Virus record (IMG/VR): IMGVR_UViG_3300037478_000184
Span: 1 to 50,277 of that record
DNA length: 50,277 bases
Source of the DNA: a virus
Reading direction: 5' to 3' (one strand)
The stretch's first letter is position 1. The number at the start of each line of letters is the position of its first letter. The notes under the pieces were generated by a model. That model was not told the DNA's origin, made no database searches, and worked only from the letters and a program-made list of their open reading frames with translations. The position numbers and the translations under genes were made by a program. This document shows positions 5,074-15,300 of this stretch, one piece after another.

Positions 5074-6555
5074 TCAGCCCGGCAGCCCCGGCAGCGCGGG
5101 CCGCGCGCGGCTCACCGCGACGTGCCCGGCCAGCCACTCGGTTTCCACGGCGTAGGGCGTGTTCGCCCAACCCATCCAGTACCCGTGCCGGAACCCATCG
5201 CGCGCCGCGTTGTCCTCGATGGCTGCATCCCGCAGCCGGTGCGTCCGCTCCCACGGCTCGCCGTGCCAGCGCCGGAACACGTCCCACCATCCATCCGCAG
5301 CGCCGGGCGAGGACTCGAGACCCACGCCCACGAGCATCTGCATGTGACGCCCGCGATCATGGGGCGTGGTGATCCACGGGGCCTTCTCCAGGTCTCCGCT
5401 CCCGCCGATCTTGAGGTAGTTGTAGGCTCCCGCGGCGTCCGGCCTGTACTCGATGACACAGGTCTTGCCGTCGCTGGTGCCATACGCGTTCTGCCAGAGC
5501 CCCAAAAGCTTCGCGTTCTGGCCAGTGAGGTCGAAGTTGATCGGCACCCGCAGGCCGATCAAAAGCCAGACGGCGGGCCACCGATCGCCGAGCAAGGAGA
5601 ACCGCTGCTCGGACTGGCTTCTGCCTGCCTCGTAGCGAGTGCGGTGCGCGTGGCGCCCACCCAGCCACGGGTCGGGCTCCCAGAGCTTCGCCGCGTGTCC
5701 GCAGTTGAGGATCGGCTTCTTGTTCCACACCGCGCAGCCATCGTTGCGCACGACGCTCGTCGCGTTCGGGCTGCTCAACTTCAGGTCGCCCGCGCAGTCG
5801 AAGTTCGCAGTCTCGAAGTCCGTTCCACCGTCGAAGTCCGCGAGCGCGAAATCGAGGTCCGGGTCGGGCGGCACTTCGTCGCCGCTCGGCGGGTCCGGAT
5901 CGGGGTCGGGCTCGGGCTCGCCACCCGCCTCCCCGGTCGTGGTCGCAAACGCCGGGCCCGAGATCCCGCTACGCACATCGTCGCTCTCGCGATACGACTG
6001 CACCCGGAACTCGTGGTCGGAGCCCGGCGCCAGGTCGGGCACCCTGTAATCGAGCAAGTCACCGATCTTCACGCCCTTGACGATCTCGGTGGTGCCCGAG
6101 GCGCCGCCCCATGACGGCATGGTGGGCGAGCCGTAGCGCAGCCGGTAGCTCGCCGGTTTGCCCGTCCCGTCGTCGCCCACCGTCCAGCGCGGGACCGCGT
6201 AGTCGTCGCCCACATCGACGACGCGCAGGTCGGTCACGGGCTCCGGGTCGCCGGGCTCTGCGGGCGGGTCGGGGCCCACCGGCGGGTCGGGTTCTGGCTC
6301 CGGCTCCGGCTCCGGCTCCGGCTCGGGCTCCGGTTCCGGCTCCGGCTCGGGGCTCGGCCCGCCGGGCTTCTCCTTCCATTCCACGCGCATGTCCGGCTGC
6401 TCGACGTAGACCGTCGCGTCCGGGTTCGCGAGCAGGGCGTTCGTCGCCTCCTGCTGCGCCTCCTTCAGTTCGTTATATCCGTCCGCCGTCGGCTCGCCGT
6501 CCACGACGACGCGGTAGGGGCCGTCGCGTACCAGGTCGATTCTGCCCTTGCTCAT
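5074..6555 (-). CDS. Tail fibre/spike protein (493 aa): N-domain, (EP)11 linker, FN3-like domain, C-terminal lectin- or polysaccharide-lyase-like domain
   Basis: ORF 5074..6630 trimmed to ATG 6555 (AGAGGCGG SD). TDLRVVDVGDDYAVPRWTV...YRLRYG...HEFRVQSY is FN3-like. The C-terminal domain call is only a guess. Confidence 0.75.
   Translation of the reverse strand: MSKGRIDLVRDGPYRVVVDGEPTADGYNELKEAQQEATNALLANPDATVYVEQPDMRVEWKEKPGGPSPEPEPEPEPEPEPEPEPEPEPDPPVGPDPPAEPGDPEPVTDLRVVDVGDDYAVPRWTVGDDGTGKPASYRLRYGSPTMPSWGGASGTTEIVKGVKIGDLLDYRVPDLAPGSDHEFRVQSYRESDDVRSGISGPAFATTTGEAGGEPEPDPDPDPPSGDEVPPDPDLDFALADFDGGTDFETANFDCAGDLKLSSPNATSVVRNDGCAVWNKKPILNCGHAAKLWEPDPWLGGRHAHRTRYEAGRSQSEQRFSLLGDRWPAVWLLIGLRVPINFDLTGQNAKLLGLWQNAYGTSDGKTCVIEYRPDAAGAYNYLKIGGSGDLEKAPWITTPHDRGRHMQMLVGVGLESSPGAADGWWDVFRRWHGEPWERTHRLRDAAIEDNAARDGFRHGYWMGWANTPYAVETEWLAGHVAVSRARPALPGLPG
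6290..6355 (-). repeat. Hexanucleotide microsatellite (GGCTCC-type, 11 units) encoding (EP)11
   Basis: ggttct ggctcc x4 ggctcg ggctcc ggttcc ggctcc x2 ggctcg, read directly. Confidence 0.9.
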
Positions 6556-6583
6556 GGTGCCGCCTCTGTTCGTAGGTAATAGG

Positions 6584-8686
6584 TCACGCGGCCTCCGACG
6601 GAAGCGTCTCACGCAGTGCCACCAGGTCACCCGTGATGCGACTCACCGCGTCTGCCGCGAACACGAGGCGAATGTGCAAGATGACGGCCTCGCCCTGCTC
6701 CAGCGTGCCGAGCTGGATGCGGTCCTCGTGCGTGCTCGAATCGGGCTGGACCCACGTCAGCGATGGGGTCGCGTCCGGCTCGGTTTCTTCGTCGGCGCTG
6801 ATCGCACCTTGAATCGTCTCGCTCTCCAGATCGACCACGCCCGCCGGGTCGATCGCGATGGACCAATCGAGGCCCGTGCGCACCGGCTCCAGGAGCCACG
6901 CCAGCACGTCCTCCCACGGGATCGCGTCGCTCGAAATGTTCGCCACGCCCACCGAGCGGTAGACGGTGAATCCGGCCTGCCGCTGCGTCTCGTCGTACGG
7001 GCCGAACAGACCGTCTACATCGAGCGATATGGACGTGATCGAGATCCAGCCGCCCAGCGACTCCGCTGCGGTCGATTCCTCTGTGTAGCCTGCCGTCGCG
7101 TCCGGCTTCGTGAACAGCAGCACCAGGTCGTCGACGCCCAACGTGGGCGGGGGCAACGGCGCGACGATGCGACGGGTGCGGCGCCGGTCTTCTTCCTTGA
7201 ACCATTTGCTCACCGGCGCGCGCGGCCTGATCGAGCCCTCGATGCTGGTCGTGTTCGGCCCGTCCGGGGTGAACGTGTGCGTGTAGCCCACGACCGCCAC
7301 GTCCTGGTCCGCGGTGTAGTGGATGCCGTTCGCCGGGTACCTGGCCAAGTCCTGCAACGCGACCCGCACGAGGGCGTTCTGGGCGACGTGGCTGGTCGTC
7401 GGGAAGGCCGTGTCTTGCAGGATCGCCTCGCCGAGCGCGATGCCCTGCGGCTCGGTCTGGACGCGCGCCGAGTCGGTGTAGTCGAGCTTCATCGGCTTGC
7501 GCCCGTAAATCTGGCGCGAGCTTTCCGGATCTTCCGGGTCTTCTTCTTCGACCGTGACCGTGAGTGCGTCGTTGACCGCGATCACGATGACGTTGCGCAC
7601 GTTCCGCCCGCTCCGGCTCACGTCCTCGATCGCGAAGTAGTCGCTGAGCGCGAAGGTGATGTCCGGCACCGTCTTCGTGCGCGGCGGCTCGTAGAGCGTC
7701 GGTTGGTGCTCGTCGTTGCCGTCGGGCAGGTACCGGAAATCCCAGCCGTTCAGCCCCGCCACCTCGAGCACCGGGTCGGCCAGCGAGACGTATTCGTCCT
7801 GATCGAACAGGTTCACGCCCTGGTCGGGGTCGCCCACCACAACGATGGTCTCGGACGGGTCGAGGTTGTTGTCGTAGAGCGCCTGAATCACGTCTTCCGA
7901 CGGCTCCGTCCCGTCCGCGGAACCGTAGCGCTCCACGCCCTCGATGATCGTGTCCTGCACGCGGCCCGCTTTGTCGCGGCAGGGCAACGTGATCTGAGGA
8001 GACCAGCCGCCCCACGCGATGTCATCGGAACGCCCCTCGAATTCGACCCACCAGTCTTCGTCGACCGGGGTCTCGCCCAGGTCGATGATGGCGCACTCGA
8101 TCTTGACCCGGCGCTGATCGGAGATGGGCTCGGGATTCGCGACGAGCGGCGCGATCGAGCCGGTCACGCCCTCGCGCATGAACGTCAGGTTCGCGGTCTT
8201 CGCGAACTGTTCGATGGACGCCGTCACCGTGCCGCCGATGAACCATTCGCTCAGGTCGACGAGCGCGTCGTTGGCGTCGGCGACCCACACCCGGAGCAGC
8301 TCCTGGCGGTCCTGGCCGGCGACCTCGTTCGCTTGCCGCAGGCTGAACGTGACCTGCGCCTCCTGCGCGATCTGGCTGGTCCACGCGATTTCGACGGCGT
8401 GGGGATGGCAGAGCACGTTGGTGCCGACCAGCGAGCCGTCGACGATCCGGGCACCGGGCTCGCGGAGCGCCTCGTAGAGCGCGCGCGCATCGTCCACGTC
8501 CAGCGGCGGCGTGGTGAGCGGACCCCAGACGCGATCGAAGCCCTTGTTCTCCGTCACCTGGGCGTGGAGTACCTGGTCGTAGGTGCGGACGGGCTCGGCA
8601 CGCGGGATGATGCGCGCTTGGTATTGCCCTTCGTTGATCGAGACGTTCTCGATGTCGCCAATGGTGAGGTAGAGGGGCGTGCTCAC
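6584..8686 (-). CDS. Large tail tip/baseplate protein (700 aa)
   Basis: Long ORF with ordinary composition in the post-tape-measure block; GTGA overlap with the upstream fibre gene. Confidence 0.8.
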   Translation of the reverse strand: MSTPLYLTIGDIENVSINEGQYQARIIPRAEPVRTYDQVLHAQVTENKGFDRVWGPLTTPPLDVDDARALYEALREPGARIVDGSLVGTNVLCHPHAVEIAWTSQIAQEAQVTFSLRQANEVAGQDRQELLRVWVADANDALVDLSEWFIGGTVTASIEQFAKTANLTFMREGVTGSIAPLVANPEPISDQRRVKIECAIIDLGETPVDEDWWVEFEGRSDDIAWGGWSPQITLPCRDKAGRVQDTIIEGVERYGSADGTEPSEDVIQALYDNNLDPSETIVVVGDPDQGVNLFDQDEYVSLADPVLEVAGLNGWDFRYLPDGNDEHQPTLYEPPRTKTVPDITFALSDYFAIEDVSRSGRNVRNVIVIAVNDALTVTVEEEDPEDPESSRQIYGRKPMKLDYTDSARVQTEPQGIALGEAILQDTAFPTTSHVAQNALVRVALQDLARYPANGIHYTADQDVAVVGYTHTFTPDGPNTTSIEGSIRPRAPVSKWFKEEDRRRTRRIVAPLPPPTLGVDDLVLLFTKPDATAGYTEESTAAESLGGWISITSISLDVDGLFGPYDETQRQAGFTVYRSVGVANISSDAIPWEDVLAWLLEPVRTGLDWSIAIDPAGVVDLESETIQGAISADEETEPDATPSLTWVQPDSSTHEDRIQLGTLEQGEAVILHIRLVFAADAVSRITGDLVALRETLPSEAA

Positions 8687-10419
8687 GAGGGGATCTCCTC
8701 AGCCTCGAACGAGACGGACCACTCGTCGGCGAGCACGTGGGTCGGCTGGAATCCGATCTCCGAGCGTAGCACCGCGACCACCATCTCGCCGAGCAACGTG
8801 CCCCGGAAGTGGATCGCGCCGGGCGACGTCAGCGAACTGTTGATCAGCGCGTCACGGTCGGCGGTCGGGAGCGGACCGACGCGGGCCTGGATGACGCGAG
8901 GCCGGACGCCCGCGCCCTTCTGCGTCGAGCGCCACGTGCCGTCCTGGGCGCTCGTCTGCGCGTCCCGGTCCTCGGCGGGAATGCGGAACGCCAGAACCGG
9001 ATACGCCACGCCGTCGATCACCAGTTCGCCCTCGACGACTTCGGGTCCCGTGAGCGTTGCGCCGATCCCCGTGATGACGATGGCGCCGGGCTCGGCCTCG
9101 AGCACGATCGGCACATTGTTCGTGAGCGCGGCCGCGATGCCGGTCAACTCGATCGCGCCGGGTTCCGCCTGGAGCGTGACGCCCGCCGAGTACGTGAGCG
9201 CGGCGTCGATGCCGGAGAGTTCGATGGCGCCCGGCTCCGCATCGAGCAGGTAGGCCCTGACGTGCAGGAACGTTGCCGGGCTCCCGGTGATATCGATCGC
9301 GCCGGGCTGGGCGTCGAGCGAGGCGCCGACGGTGTGCGTCAGTTCGGCGGCCTCGCCGGTGATCTCGATCGCACCCGCGAGCGCTTGGAGGATGCGCGCT
9401 GCCGTGAGTCCTGCTGGCTGGCCAGTCACCTGGACTGCGCCCGCCTCCGCCGCGAGGCTTCGGTCGCGCGCGAGGCCGGCAGCCTGGCCCGTCAGGGTGA
9501 GCGCGCCGGGCTGGGCGCTCAGAGTGCGGGCGACCGTCAGGGTGGCGGGGGAGCCGGTGAGTTCGACGGCGCCGGGCTGGGCATCGAGAGCAGCTTCGAG
9601 CACGAACGTGTACTCGTCCCCCGGATAGACCCCGGTGGCGTCGTACGTCTCGATGATGTTGTCGTCGCCGTCGGTGACGATGAGGTCGGTCCAGCCGCCG
9701 ATGGGGACGACCTCGGTGGCTCCGGTGCCCGCGCTCTGCGCCTCTTGGTAGAGGCTGACGTTGATCGTCGCGGTGCCGCCGGATTCGGTGGCCTGGGCGA
9801 CGACCGTGCCGCCGCTGTTCCGCACCTTCGCCTTGTAGCCCGTCGGCAGGCCCTCGACGATGATGGTCGGCACCGGGGCGCGGACCACATCGTCCGTCAC
9901 GACCGCGGTGTCGGTCCCCGTCTTGCGGAACGCCAGCACCCCCGACACGTCATCATACGTCGTATCGCTGGCCGACACGGTGACGCCGTTGACCCACGCC
10001 CGTTGCACACCGTTGGCCACGTCGAACTGGATCACGTAATCCGTGTCCAGGTCGATCGTTACGCTCTCCTCCGCTATCTGTGTGAACGATCCGTTGCTGA
10101 TTCGGTAGAGCCGGATGACGTCGTCGAAGGCGACGACGATCGCCATATACCCGTCCGGGCTTCCGCCATCGTAGTCGGCCCGCAGACCAATGCCGAACGA
10201 CGAACTGGACGCACTCACCCGCGAGACGCACTGGACAAAGCCGCCATCAACAGCCACGTCGTGATCAATCCACGCCGACCCGGACGGCGCACGTAGCCGG
10301 TTGTCGGCAATCTCCCAGTTGCCGGACCGCTCGACCCAGTCGCCTCCGATGGTCGATGAGTCCGCCCGGTCGAAGTCGTCCTCGACGACCAACCCCGCCA
10401 CGTCCCGGACGATGCTCAC
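8683..10419 (-). CDS. Tail fibre/receptor-binding protein (578 aa) with LamG/concanavalin-like N-domain and tandem repeats
   Basis: DFDRADSSTIGGDWVERSGNWEIADNRLR...FGIGLRAD...; eight repeats of L.A(E/Q)PGA(I/V)E(L/I)TG..A.LT. Confidence 0.8.
   Translation of the reverse strand: MSIVRDVAGLVVEDDFDRADSSTIGGDWVERSGNWEIADNRLRAPSGSAWIDHDVAVDGGFVQCVSRVSASSSSFGIGLRADYDGGSPDGYMAIVVAFDDVIRLYRISNGSFTQIAEESVTIDLDTDYVIQFDVANGVQRAWVNGVTVSASDTTYDDVSGVLAFRKTGTDTAVVTDDVVRAPVPTIIVEGLPTGYKAKVRNSGGTVVAQATESGGTATINVSLYQEAQSAGTGATEVVPIGGWTDLIVTDGDDNIIETYDATGVYPGDEYTFVLEAALDAQPGAVELTGSPATLTVARTLSAQPGALTLTGQAAGLARDRSLAAEAGAVQVTGQPAGLTAARILQALAGAIEITGEAAELTHTVGASLDAQPGAIDITGSPATFLHVRAYLLDAEPGAIELSGIDAALTYSAGVTLQAEPGAIELTGIAAALTNNVPIVLEAEPGAIVITGIGATLTGPEVVEGELVIDGVAYPVLAFRIPAEDRDAQTSAQDGTWRSTQKGAGVRPRVIQARVGPLPTADRDALINSSLTSPGAIHFRGTLLGEMVVAVLRSEIGFQPTHVLADEWSVSFEAEEIPS
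9046..9594 (-). repeat. Eight in-frame tandem repeats of 66-72 bp (22-24 aa) in the fibre gene
   Basis: (Q/E)PGA cores at aa 281, 303, 325, 347, 371, 395, 419 and 443 of the 578-aa product. Confidence 0.85.
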
Positions 10420-10507
10420 GCCGCTACCTCACAGCACCCCGAGCCCCCACGGCAGACACGCCGCAGGGGCCGGAGGACGGTAGGGAAGGCGAGAGTCACG
10501 CGGAGAC

Positions 10508-10930
10508 TCAGGCCGCCGGCGCGACCGTGAGCACCGAGTCTGACCCGAAGTCGATGTCGAAGGTCTCGGTGTCCTGGAGCGTGATCGCCTCGCCGTAATC
10601 CCACCAGCCGATCAGCATGTCGCCGGTCGTGTCGTCGTTCGCGAGCGCCACGTACCGGAACGGGCCGACCGTGCCGGAGTCCGCGGTGACCGTCTTGTCG
10701 ACCGCCGTCACTGTGGTCGTGTCGCCCGTCCGGCTCGTCGCGTTCTCGATGTCGATCGGCGCCGTGTAGCCGTTCTCGTTCGTGATCTCCGCGAGGTCGG
10801 ACTTGACCGCGTCCAGAGAGGCCGACGGCGTGGCGTTCGACAGGTAGACGATCAGGGTGTCCGCATCGAGGTCGTGCGCGCCTTCGGCCAGCATCTCCGA
10901 GAACGATTCAACGAAATTGAAGGCCGCCAT
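10508..10930 (-). CDS. Tail-module protein (140 aa)
   Basis: MAAFNFVESFSEMLAEGAHDLDADTLIVYLSN...; ordinary composition, in the tail block. Confidence 0.8.
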   Translation of the reverse strand: MAAFNFVESFSEMLAEGAHDLDADTLIVYLSNATPSASLDAVKSDLAEITNENGYTAPIDIENATSRTGDTTTVTAVDKTVTADSGTVGPFRYVALANDDTTGDMLIGWWDYGEAITLQDTETFDIDFGSDSVLTVAPAA

Positions 10931-10931
10931 T

Positions 10932-11399
10932 TCACACCTCCTTGGTCACGCTGGGGTGATCCTGGGACTCGAGGAACAGCAGCGCGCCGCGCTCTTGCTC
11001 GGGCCGCACCTTCTTGAGCGCCATGATCTTCTGGAACGCCTCGCGCTGGTCGGTCGTCAGGATGCGCCCGTCGCTCACCCAGCACTCCTTTTCGTCCCAC
11101 CACCAGAGCAGGTCCAAGCGGAGCCCGACCGTCATGACGGCCTGCCCGACCGCCGACCTGTCGAGCGCCGTGATCTCGTCTGCGAGCTTCGCCCACTCGC
11201 TGCCACCGGGCTCGGCCTCGGCCTGTTGCTTGCGCGCGGCGCGGATCTTGTCCCGGACCGCCTCCAGCTCCGCCCGTTCCTTGGGGGCCTCGACCTTCGC
11301 GAGCATGTTGCCTTTCGGGCTCTTCTCGACAGCGCACACCGCGAGGTGCCGCCCGTAGAAGAGCACCGGGTCGCCGACCTTCGGCTTCTTCGCTGCCAT
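10932..11399 (-). CDS. Tail-module protein (155 aa)
   Basis: ORF 10932..11456 trimmed to ATG 11399: MAAKKPKVGDPVLFYGRHLAVCAV... Confidence 0.7.
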   Translation of the reverse strand: MAAKKPKVGDPVLFYGRHLAVCAVEKSPKGNMLAKVEAPKERAELEAVRDKIRAARKQQAEAEPGGSEWAKLADEITALDRSAVGQAVMTVGLRLDLLWWWDEKECWVSDGRILTTDQREAFQKIMALKKVRPEQERGALLFLESQDHPSVTKEV

Positions 11400-11430
11400 C
11401 GTATCTATCCTCGTGCAGGGGGTGAGGGGG

Positions 11431-12315
11431 TCATTCGTCGTCCAGATCCAGGCCATCCTCGGGGCTGTCGCCGACTTGCGTGATCAGCGGCAGATTCACG
11501 CCGACGCCAGTGACGGGGATGTCGCCGACGGTCGTGAACAGCGGCAGGTCGTGCGTCTCGGGGCCGGGATTCCAGGGGCCCCACCAGCCGGGCGTCGAGG
11601 GATTGTCCGCGTTGGTGAACGCTTGGCCGAGCATCTCAATCTTGAAATTGCGCACCGAATCGCCGTCCATGTCCAGGGACGCCATCACACTCCATGTGCC
11701 ACCCGGCGGTGCGGTCGAGAAGGAGAGCACGTCCGTCGCTGCGTCGTGCTTGATGCGCAACCATCGGTGGGTCACCGGGTCGTAGTCGGCATTGCCGAAT
11801 GCGCTCGACGTGTTGCCGAAAATCTCGGCCAGAATGAACGGCTCCGGGTCGTCGCTCCCGATCTCCACCCAAGCGAAGACCCCGTCCACTTCGTCGAAAA
11901 TCTGTATGCGCGTCAGCCACACGAGGTCGCTCGTCACCGGCTGCCACCGGAAGTACAGTTCCGTGTCGTACAAGGAGAACGCATCCTTCGACTCAACGCG
12001 CATTAGCCAGGACAAGCCGTTGGGAAAATCCTCGCTCGACCCGGATGTCGCGTGCTCCGGGATCATCAGATATCCGCCGCGCTCGTTGATGTCGGGCGTA
12101 CCGAGTAATTGGACGAACCAGAAATCCTCCGGCAGGATGAAGTCGTCGTCGTCGTTGACCCACGGGCTCCACGGCCCTTTCACATCGCCCAGCAGCGCAT
12201 TGCCTATGCTCGTCTGGAGGGGCAGCGTCACGAGCGGCATGTCGTCCTCCGGGATATCGGGCACACCGCCCGCGAGGAAGAGCGGAAGAAACAGGATCGA
12301 CAGAAAGCGGCGCAT
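11431..12315 (-). CDS. Tail-module protein with signal-peptide-like N-terminus (294 aa)
   Basis: ORF 11431..12339 trimmed to ATG 12315: MRRFLSILFLPLFLAGGVPDIPEDD...; lies directly after the tape measure gene. Confidence 0.75.
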   Translation of the reverse strand: MRRFLSILFLPLFLAGGVPDIPEDDMPLVTLPLQTSIGNALLGDVKGPWSPWVNDDDDFILPEDFWFVQLLGTPDINERGGYLMIPEHATSGSSEDFPNGLSWLMRVESKDAFSLYDTELYFRWQPVTSDLVWLTRIQIFDEVDGVFAWVEIGSDDPEPFILAEIFGNTSSAFGNADYDPVTHRWLRIKHDAATDVLSFSTAPPGGTWSVMASLDMDGDSVRNFKIEMLGQAFTNADNPSTPGWWGPWNPGPETHDLPLFTTVGDIPVTGVGVNLPLITQVGDSPEDGLDLDDE

Positions 12316-12319
12316 CGCA

Positions 12320-15300
12320 TCACCTCGGCACGTAGACAAAGGGATCGGGGCCGCCGGCGTCGCGTTGCTGGTCGGCGGCCGTTTTCATCCGCCTGAGCAG
12401 CGCGTGACCATCTTCGCCGGGCGGCGGGTGGATATGGACTTCGCGAATCGTGACCGACCGGTCGACGCTGCCGGTCGCCTGCCCGCCGCCTCCGGAAGTC
12501 ATTGCCGACCGCTGGTCAACGGGGCTCGTGGTGCGCCATGGGCTCGGCGCGCGGCTGTCGGTCGATTGCGCCGCCTGCGCGCCCCATTCCAGCAACGACA
12601 GCCGCAAGCCCGTCGGGCGATTCAGCACGCGCACCGTGTCCTCGATCGCCCGGTTCGTGTCTTCGATCGCCTTCCGCTGCTTCGCGAGCGACGCGGCACG
12701 GTCCTCTTCCGCGTGCACGAGCTGGAGCAAGCGCACGTACTCGGCGCCTCGCCCGTCCTGCACGGCCTGCAGCACTTCGAGCGTCTGCTGGAGTTGGCGG
12801 GCCTCTTCGCCCATGCCCTGCGCCATGAGCAGCCGCACCCGCAGATTCTCGGTGTCGACCATCGCGCGGAAGCGTTCGGCCGCAGCGGCTTCGCGGGCCG
12901 CGCGCTCGGCTTCTTGGAGCGCCTGGACGACCTCGCCCTCGATCACCGCAGCGAGTCGCGCAAACGCCTCTTCGCTGATCTGGCCCGCCCGGCGCATCTC
13001 GTCGGCCCGGAACAACTCCGCCTCGCCCTCGGCGCGAAGCTGCGCCTCCATCGCGCCCATATCGTCGCCGGCCAACGCAAGCTCGCGCGCTTCGAGCGAT
13101 GCCATGAACTGGTCGGTCTGGTGCTCCCATGCGCGCTCCTGGGCCGCGATGGCCTCCATGACTTCGCCGCGCATCACCGTCGCGAGGTGTAGGAACGCCT
13201 CTTCGGTCAGCTCGCCGGCCTCGACCAACTCGCGGAACGGGTCGAGCTGGGATTGCAGGTCGGATTCCGCGGCCGCGCGCTGCGCGTCGAAGTCGCCCGT
13301 ACGGACCGCGCGCTGCTGGAACGCGTCCTCGAACAGCTGCTCGAACTCCAACATCTTGGCCGCTCGCCGGGCCGCGTCTTCCAGCACGTACAGGTTCTCG
13401 TAGAGGGCCACCAGCGCGTCGCCACCGGTCTCGGCCGCGTGCGCAAGCTCGGCCTCGCGCTCCAGCCGCAGCTGCATGGCCTCGGCCTCGGCGTCCATGC
13501 CTTGCGCGACGAGCGCGCGAATCGCGATGTCGTCTTCCAGCGCCTTGACCTCGCGCTGCCGCTGTTCCTCGATCTGTTCGAGCTTGGCGAGGTACGCGTC
13601 CAGCGCCTGAGCCGCGCCGCCACCGTAGATGTCAGCGAATCGCCGCAGGGCATCCTCGATCCCCATGTCCTCGACGAGATTCTCGAACTCTTCGCGGAGT
13701 TGATGCGGCGCGCGCTTCACCTCGAAAACATCGATGGTCTCGATGAACGCGTCGATCAGTGCTTGCACGCCCTCGGCGGCATCGGCGCGCAGCCGCTCCC
13801 ACCGGCTCGCGTCGGCCAGCTCGTCCACGAAGTCGTCGAGCGCGTCCCCGAACCGCTCGCGAGCCTGCTCAAGCTTCTGTGAGCCGCCCCCGAACAGACC
13901 GTCCAGCAATCCCACCGCGCCCCCGATCACACCCGCCCACCCGCTGATCTGGGCGACCGTCCCGGCGATGCCCTCCAGCCCCTTCGCCGACTCCAGCTGC
14001 GAGATGCCCGAGATCAGGTCCGACACGCCCCGCACCGCACTACGTGCACCACCCTCGAGCCCGAAGAGATGGTCCGCCAGCGAGGCAACGCCCATGATGG
14101 TGCCGGCGATCGCCTCAAGCTCCTGCTGCCGGCGCTCGGACAGGTCATCGGTGCCGTGGATCAGCTCCTCAACGTCTTTGCCCATGAGGTTCATCGTCGC
14201 GAGCCACTGCGCCCGGATCTGGCCGGCGATAGCTATGACGTCGGGCATGCGAGCCACACCGGACACGGTGCCGCCGCCCGCCACGGCGAGCTGTCCGGCA
14301 CCGGGGACGGCTCCAGTGCGGCCGGTCGCGCCGCTGACGTCGCGTAGGGTCTGCTGGCGGCGCAGCACGGCCTCGGTGCGTTCCTCGATGGCGAGCCGCG
14401 ATTCAGCCGCGGCGACCTGGTCCTGCATGCTGAGCGTGCGGGTCGCTTCGATGTCGCGCAGCCGCTCGGCTTGGCCCTGCATCTTCTCCAGCGCGGCTTG
14501 CAGCTCCTCGACCGTGTTCAGCACGCCGGTGTCGATCGCGCTGCCGAAGAGGTCCGCTTCCTGGCCGGGCGCGGCGAGGGATTCGGAGAAGGCGCGGGCG
14601 CGCTCCTCTTGGATGCGCCGCTCTTCGTCGCGCTGATCTTGGAGCATGCGCGCGTACTTCTGGCCTTCCTCGCGCAGCGTTTTCTGCGCCTCGCGTTCAC
14701 CTTCTCGGATAGCTGCCTGAAGCTCGTCGTAGCCCGCCTCGGCGTTGTCGACCATCTTGCGAAGTAGGCTGCGCAGTCCAACAGCCAGGGGCCCGCCGAA
14801 TGTCTCGGCCGCAGCGAGCCCGCCGATACGCCTTTGCACCGCCGCCCCGAGCCGCTCAAGGTGGCCGATCGACGCGTCAACGTCCTGGCCGATCTTGCCC
14901 CGCAGGTCCATGTCTGCGGCCTTCGCTAGTGCCAGTAATGCGTCCGCCGAGCGCCGCGCTTCCTCGCGCGCCTTCCGGCTCTCGCGCGTGAACTCCTGCC
15001 ACGCGAAGCCGAGCGCCGCGATCCCCGCCAGCACCGGCACCATGAACGCCGAGCCGACAGCGAACGAACCCACCGTGCCCGCGAGCCTGCCGACCACCGG
15101 ATGCGTGCCCGCCGCCTGCGACGCCAACGACGCGAAGGTCTCGTTCAGGCGCCCGAGCCCGAGCCCGGCGCGCTTGCCGGATTCCTCCACGTTCTTGAGG
15201 CTGCCCGCGACTTCCGTGAACGCCTCGCGTCCCGCGCTGCCGCTGAGCGCCGTGGCGTTCTGGTCGATGGTCTGGAGGACGGCGCGATTGTAGGCTTCCG

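Noticed and set aside
6548-9253. Very long plus-strand ORFs, including 6548..9253 (901 aa), 4690..6114, 16490..18310, 21091..22833, 38625..40052, 43479..44867 and the N-terminal 380 aa of 33141..34703
   Set aside because: All are antisense shadows of well-behaved minus-strand genes in a GC-rich genome. Their translations are dominated by Arg, Ala, Pro, Gly, His and Val with no motifs, and they overlap recognisable terminase, tail, capsid and helicase genes.
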